DNA of 64,000 nt. Source: Candidatus Chisholmbacteria bacterium. GTDB lineage: Bacteria; Patescibacteriota; Microgenomatia; UBA1400; Chisholmbacteraceae. The stretch lies in the NCBI GenBank assembly GCA_963704905.1, contig CAVPHZ010000001.1, positions 195,438 through 259,437 on the forward strand, given 5' to 3'. Under the pieces are notes generated by a model. That model did no database searches and was not told the DNA's origin. It saw only the letters and a list, made by a program, of their open reading frames with translations. This document shows, piece after piece, positions 61,171-64,000 of the stretch. Within the stretch, counting starts at the first letter, position 1. The number at the start of each line of letters is the position of its first letter. The position numbers and the translations under genes were made by a program.

Positions 61171-61214
61171 ATGTGATCTTCCCTTCTAGGCAGGAAAGAT
61201 TGCTTGGTTAATAG

Positions 61215-61251
61215 TTGGCACTAAAATATCATGACTGCTAATATATGTCAA
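61215..61251 (-). promoter_or_regulatory. CIRCE operator overlapping hrcA promoter
   Basis: Minus strand TTAGCAGTC-N9-TAGTGCCAA (61215-61241; consensus TTAGCACTC-N9-GAGTGCTAA); TTGACA at 61246-61251, 17 nt to TATTTT. Confidence 0.85.
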
Positions 61252-61274
61252 GTTATTTTGAATTTCGTCAATTT

Positions 61275-63065
61275 CTACACTCTCAGAAGTTTTGTATATG
61301 TTTCCGGTGGAATGTTGACTTTACCCGATAATGCAAGACGTTTTTTCCCTTTCTTTTGTTTTTCAAGCAACTTCATCCTTCGAGTCCGATCTCCGCCGTA
61401 GAGTTTTGCAGTAACATCTTTGCGAGCGGCTGGTTTGGTTTCACGAGCAATGATTTTACCTCCAATAGCGGCTTGAATTGGTACTGCAAACAATTGACGA
61501 GGAAGTACTTCTTTGAGCTTTTCTACCAATTCACGACCTACTTGCTGTGCATCTTGTCGAGCAACTATACGCAAGAGCATTTCTACCTCTTCGTGGTTGA
61601 TGCGTATTGAGAGTTTTACTGCATCAACTTCTTCTGAATCGATGTGTTCATAGTCAATTGAGGCATAGCCTTTACTTACTGTTTTTAGTTCATCTACCAC
61701 GCCGCCAATTAGCTCTGAGAGTGGTAGGTGATAAAGCAGCTGCACTTGATTTCCAAAGTACTGTGTATCTTTATATGTTCCTCTTTTCTCTTGTAACACT
61801 TGCATGATCGATCCAATATATTCTCTCGGTGAAAAAATCAACGCTTCAACCATTGGTTCTTTTATCTGACTCACCATCGTAAGATCGGGAAGCTCTGATG
61901 CATGTTGAATATTTCGCATTGATCCGTCAGTTAAATGAACGCTGTATTCAACTGTTGGTTTCGTGATAATTGTGACCACTCCCATTTCTCTTTCTAGTCG
62001 TTCTCTGGTAATTTCTGCATGGAACAACCCTAAGAAACCTAGACGAAAACCTCCACCTAGAGAGGGTGAGTGGATTAACTTCGTGATGAGTGATGCGTCC
62101 ATAAGTTGAAGTTTTTCAGTTGCGTACTTTAAGTTATTGAAGTTTTCATTTGTGGATGGGTAGATGTCTGCAAAAATCATGGGCTTTGGTACTTTAAATC
62201 CCGGAAGTGGTTTTCTTTTCTTTACATCTTGCTCAGACGTAAGTGTGTCTCCTACCTGAAGTGATCGAATGTTTTTCAGACCGGTTGCGATGTATCCAAC
62301 CTGTCCTGCGTGTAAGGTGTTCAGTGGTGTTCTGTTTGGTGTGAATATTCCAAGTTCTTTGCATTCAATTTCTTTTTTTCCTTCGATTGAATAGAGTTTT
62401 TGCACTAAACTTACGCTTCCATCAACTATTCGTACGAATGCAATTACTCCCAGGTGCTGATCGTATATCGAGTTGAATACAACAATTCTTGATGGCTGCG
62501 TTGGTTGACCGCTTGGTGCTGGTAGTATTTCTATTATTTGTTGAAGAAGCTCTTTCACTCCAATTCCAGTTTTTGCTGAAACTTTAAGTATCTCTTCTGG
62601 TTTAAAGCCGAACACCTCTCTAAGCTGAGCTTCAGATTCAGAAATTTGCGCTGATTCGAGATCTATCTTGTTTAATATAGGGAGAATAACCAGTCCAAGA
62701 TCGAACGCTTTTTTTGCATGTGCGAGTGTTTGTGCTTGAATGCCCTGAGTGGCATCGACGAGTAATATTGCACCTTCACAGGCTGCCAATGATCGAGACA
62801 CTTCGTATGAAAAGTCAACATGCCCTGGTGTATCGATGAGATTTAGTTGATAATTTTCGTTATCTTTTTCAATCGTCATTGTTACAGGAGCAAGTTTAAT
62901 GGTAATTCCTCTTTCCTTTTCAATGGGGTTACTATCAAGAATTCTGTCTACAGAATCTCTTTCGCTGATTGTGTTGGTGAGTTTTAATAGCTGATCGGTA
63001 AGAGTTGTTTTGCCGTGGTCTATGTGGGCAATGATTGAGAAGTTGCGAATCTGATCCTGATTCAT
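61275..63065 (-). CDS. lepA: Elongation factor 4 (LepA)
   Basis: [49 protein letters not shown]. Confidence 0.96.
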   Translation of the reverse strand: MNQDQIRNFSIIAHIDHGKTTLTDQLLKLTNTISERDSVDRILDSNPIEKERGITIKLAPVTMTIEKDNENYQLNLIDTPGHVDFSYEVSRSLAACEGAILLVDATQGIQAQTLAHAKKAFDLGLVILPILNKIDLESAQISESEAQLREVFGFKPEEILKVSAKTGIGVKELLQQIIEILPAPSGQPTQPSRIVVFNSIYDQHLGVIAFVRIVDGSVSLVQKLYSIEGKKEIECKELGIFTPNRTPLNTLHAGQVGYIATGLKNIRSLQVGDTLTSEQDVKKRKPLPGFKVPKPMIFADIYPSTNENFNNLKYATEKLQLMDASLITKLIHSPSLGGGFRLGFLGLFHAEITRERLEREMGVVTIITKPTVEYSVHLTDGSMRNIQHASELPDLTMVSQIKEPMVEALIFSPREYIGSIMQVLQEKRGTYKDTQYFGNQVQLLYHLPLSELIGGVVDELKTVSKGYASIDYEHIDSEEVDAVKLSIRINHEEVEMLLRIVARQDAQQVGRELVEKLKEVLPRQLFAVPIQAAIGGKIIARETKPAARKDVTAKLYGGDRTRRMKLLEKQKKGKKRLALSGKVNIPPETYTKLLRV

Positions 63066-63087
63066 CGTTTCCTTCTTTATATATTGA

Positions 63088-64000
63088 CTAACTGGATTGC
63101 TTTTCTATTGATGTGGCTTCTATTACTTCTTCGGAGCTATTGAGGATATTTTTCCAGTTTCCAATTCTTCTTCCGAGCGCAATAACTTCTGAAAGCTGTT
63201 CAATTTTGAGAATGGCCGAGATATTTAAATACACCACCATTCCTATGGTTAATACGCTTGCAGTCAACATGAGTAAATTAATAGTCCTGGTTGTATCGAG
63301 AACAAACCTATCGATAATACGCATTGGCACCCAAAGAAACACTCCGGTTGATATTGTCGCAAGTATCATTTTTAAACTTGAAAACATAAAGTTGATGTTG
63401 ATGAATTTAGATTTTTTGTTTAATCCAACTAAGAGCGCAGTTGATTGGAAAGCATTTACAATTGTGATTACTGCGGCAAGACCGAGCAATCCCAATCCCA
63501 TGGTTTGCGCCAAGATTATTCCAAAAATAGCTGTCATCAATGCTCCGATAAAAGAAATTCCCAGTGGGGTTTTTGTATCATGCATTGCATAAAATGCGCG
63601 GGTCAAAACCGCGTTTATACTTAAGGAAGGGATTGCAAGTGAAAGCAGTGCTACGATTTTTCCTGTCAGTAAAGTCGCATCCCAAGGGAAGTTTTTTGCT
63701 CCGTATGCAATTCGGACTACGGGAAGACGGAGAATCAACACAATCACCGCAGCGGGTAACGTAAAGTACAGCACTTGCAGAATTGAGGCTCGAATTGTCT
63801 GTCGGAACTCCTCATTATTCTCGGAAGCCATTTCTTTGCTCAGTGTTGGAAACGAAGCCTGTCCTATGGTTGTTCCAAAGAGCGTGACTGGAAGGAGGTA
63901 TAGCTGTTTTGCAAAATTGAAGATTGTTAATGACCCTGCAGTCAGTCCTGTCGCAACAAAGACGGCGACAAAACGTTCTGCTTGACCAACAACCAACGTC
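63088..64000 (-). CDS. murJ: Lipid II flippase MurJ (partial, 5' end beyond window)
   Basis: QLYLLPVTLFG..IGQASFP, RAFYAMHDTKTP; many TMs. Confidence 0.9.
   Translation of the reverse strand, partial: TLVVGQAERFVAVFVATGLTAGSLTIFNFAKQLYLLPVTLFGTTIGQASFPTLSKEMASENNEEFRQTIRASILQVLYFTLPAAVIVLILRLPVVRIAYGAKNFPWDATLLTGKIVALLSLAIPSLSINAVLTRAFYAMHDTKTPLGISFIGALMTAIFGIILAQTMGLGLLGLAAVITIVNAFQSTALLVGLNKKSKFININFMFSSLKMILATISTGVFLWVPMRIIDRFVLDTTRTINLLMLTASVLTIGMVVYLNISAILKIEQLSEVIALGRRIGNWKNILNSSEEVIEATSIEKQSS

Noticed and set aside
1-64000. Alternative genetic code 25, rRNA, tRNA, CRISPR arrays, IS elements
   Set aside because: TGA terminates several conserved genes (e.g. rpoB, rnj, dnaJ) and no in-frame TGA is needed; no cloverleafs, spaced repeats or transposases were seen

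Overview
A gene-dense housekeeping window from a bacterium using genetic code 11. It most likely belongs to the Patescibacteria/CPR (Microgenomates-like). This is inferred from the missing rpmD (uL30) in the spc operon, the short IF2/AlaRS/HrcA, the absence of rimP/rbfA/truB from the nusA-pnp block and Lys-rich ribosomal protein tails. Positions 1-7 kb hold mixed-strand accessory and metabolic genes: a partial secreted clan GH-A hydrolase, FMN reductase, SAM-I riboswitch-metK, pyk, polyprenyl synthase, an RHH-Nudix fusion and DUF389. From 7 kb to the end everything lies on the minus strand. In transcription order: murJ(partial)-lepA-hrcA-grpE-dnaK-dnaJ; nusA-infB-DHH-like-rpsO-pnp; Lon-like AAA-udg-rnj; ftsK-rodZ; DUF948/YtxH-yjjX-alaS (frameshifted); actin-like/baseplate-J-like membrane protein-sortase-yqgF-Zn ribbon-mltG; rpoBC; str (fusA frameshifted), S10, spc and alpha operons; rplM-rpsI. 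No rRNA, tRNA, CRISPR or mobile element was seen. The best leads are the actin-like/baseplate-J-like protein plus sortase module, a protease-less Lon AAA+ with a rewired pore loop, an RHH-pseudoNudix regulator divergent from a prenyl synthase, NusA fused to an alpha-CTD copy, a pseudo-DHH protein, and a recurring promoter + leader terminator design upstream of rpoB, rpsL, rplC and nusA. All calls are made by eye, without database searches.
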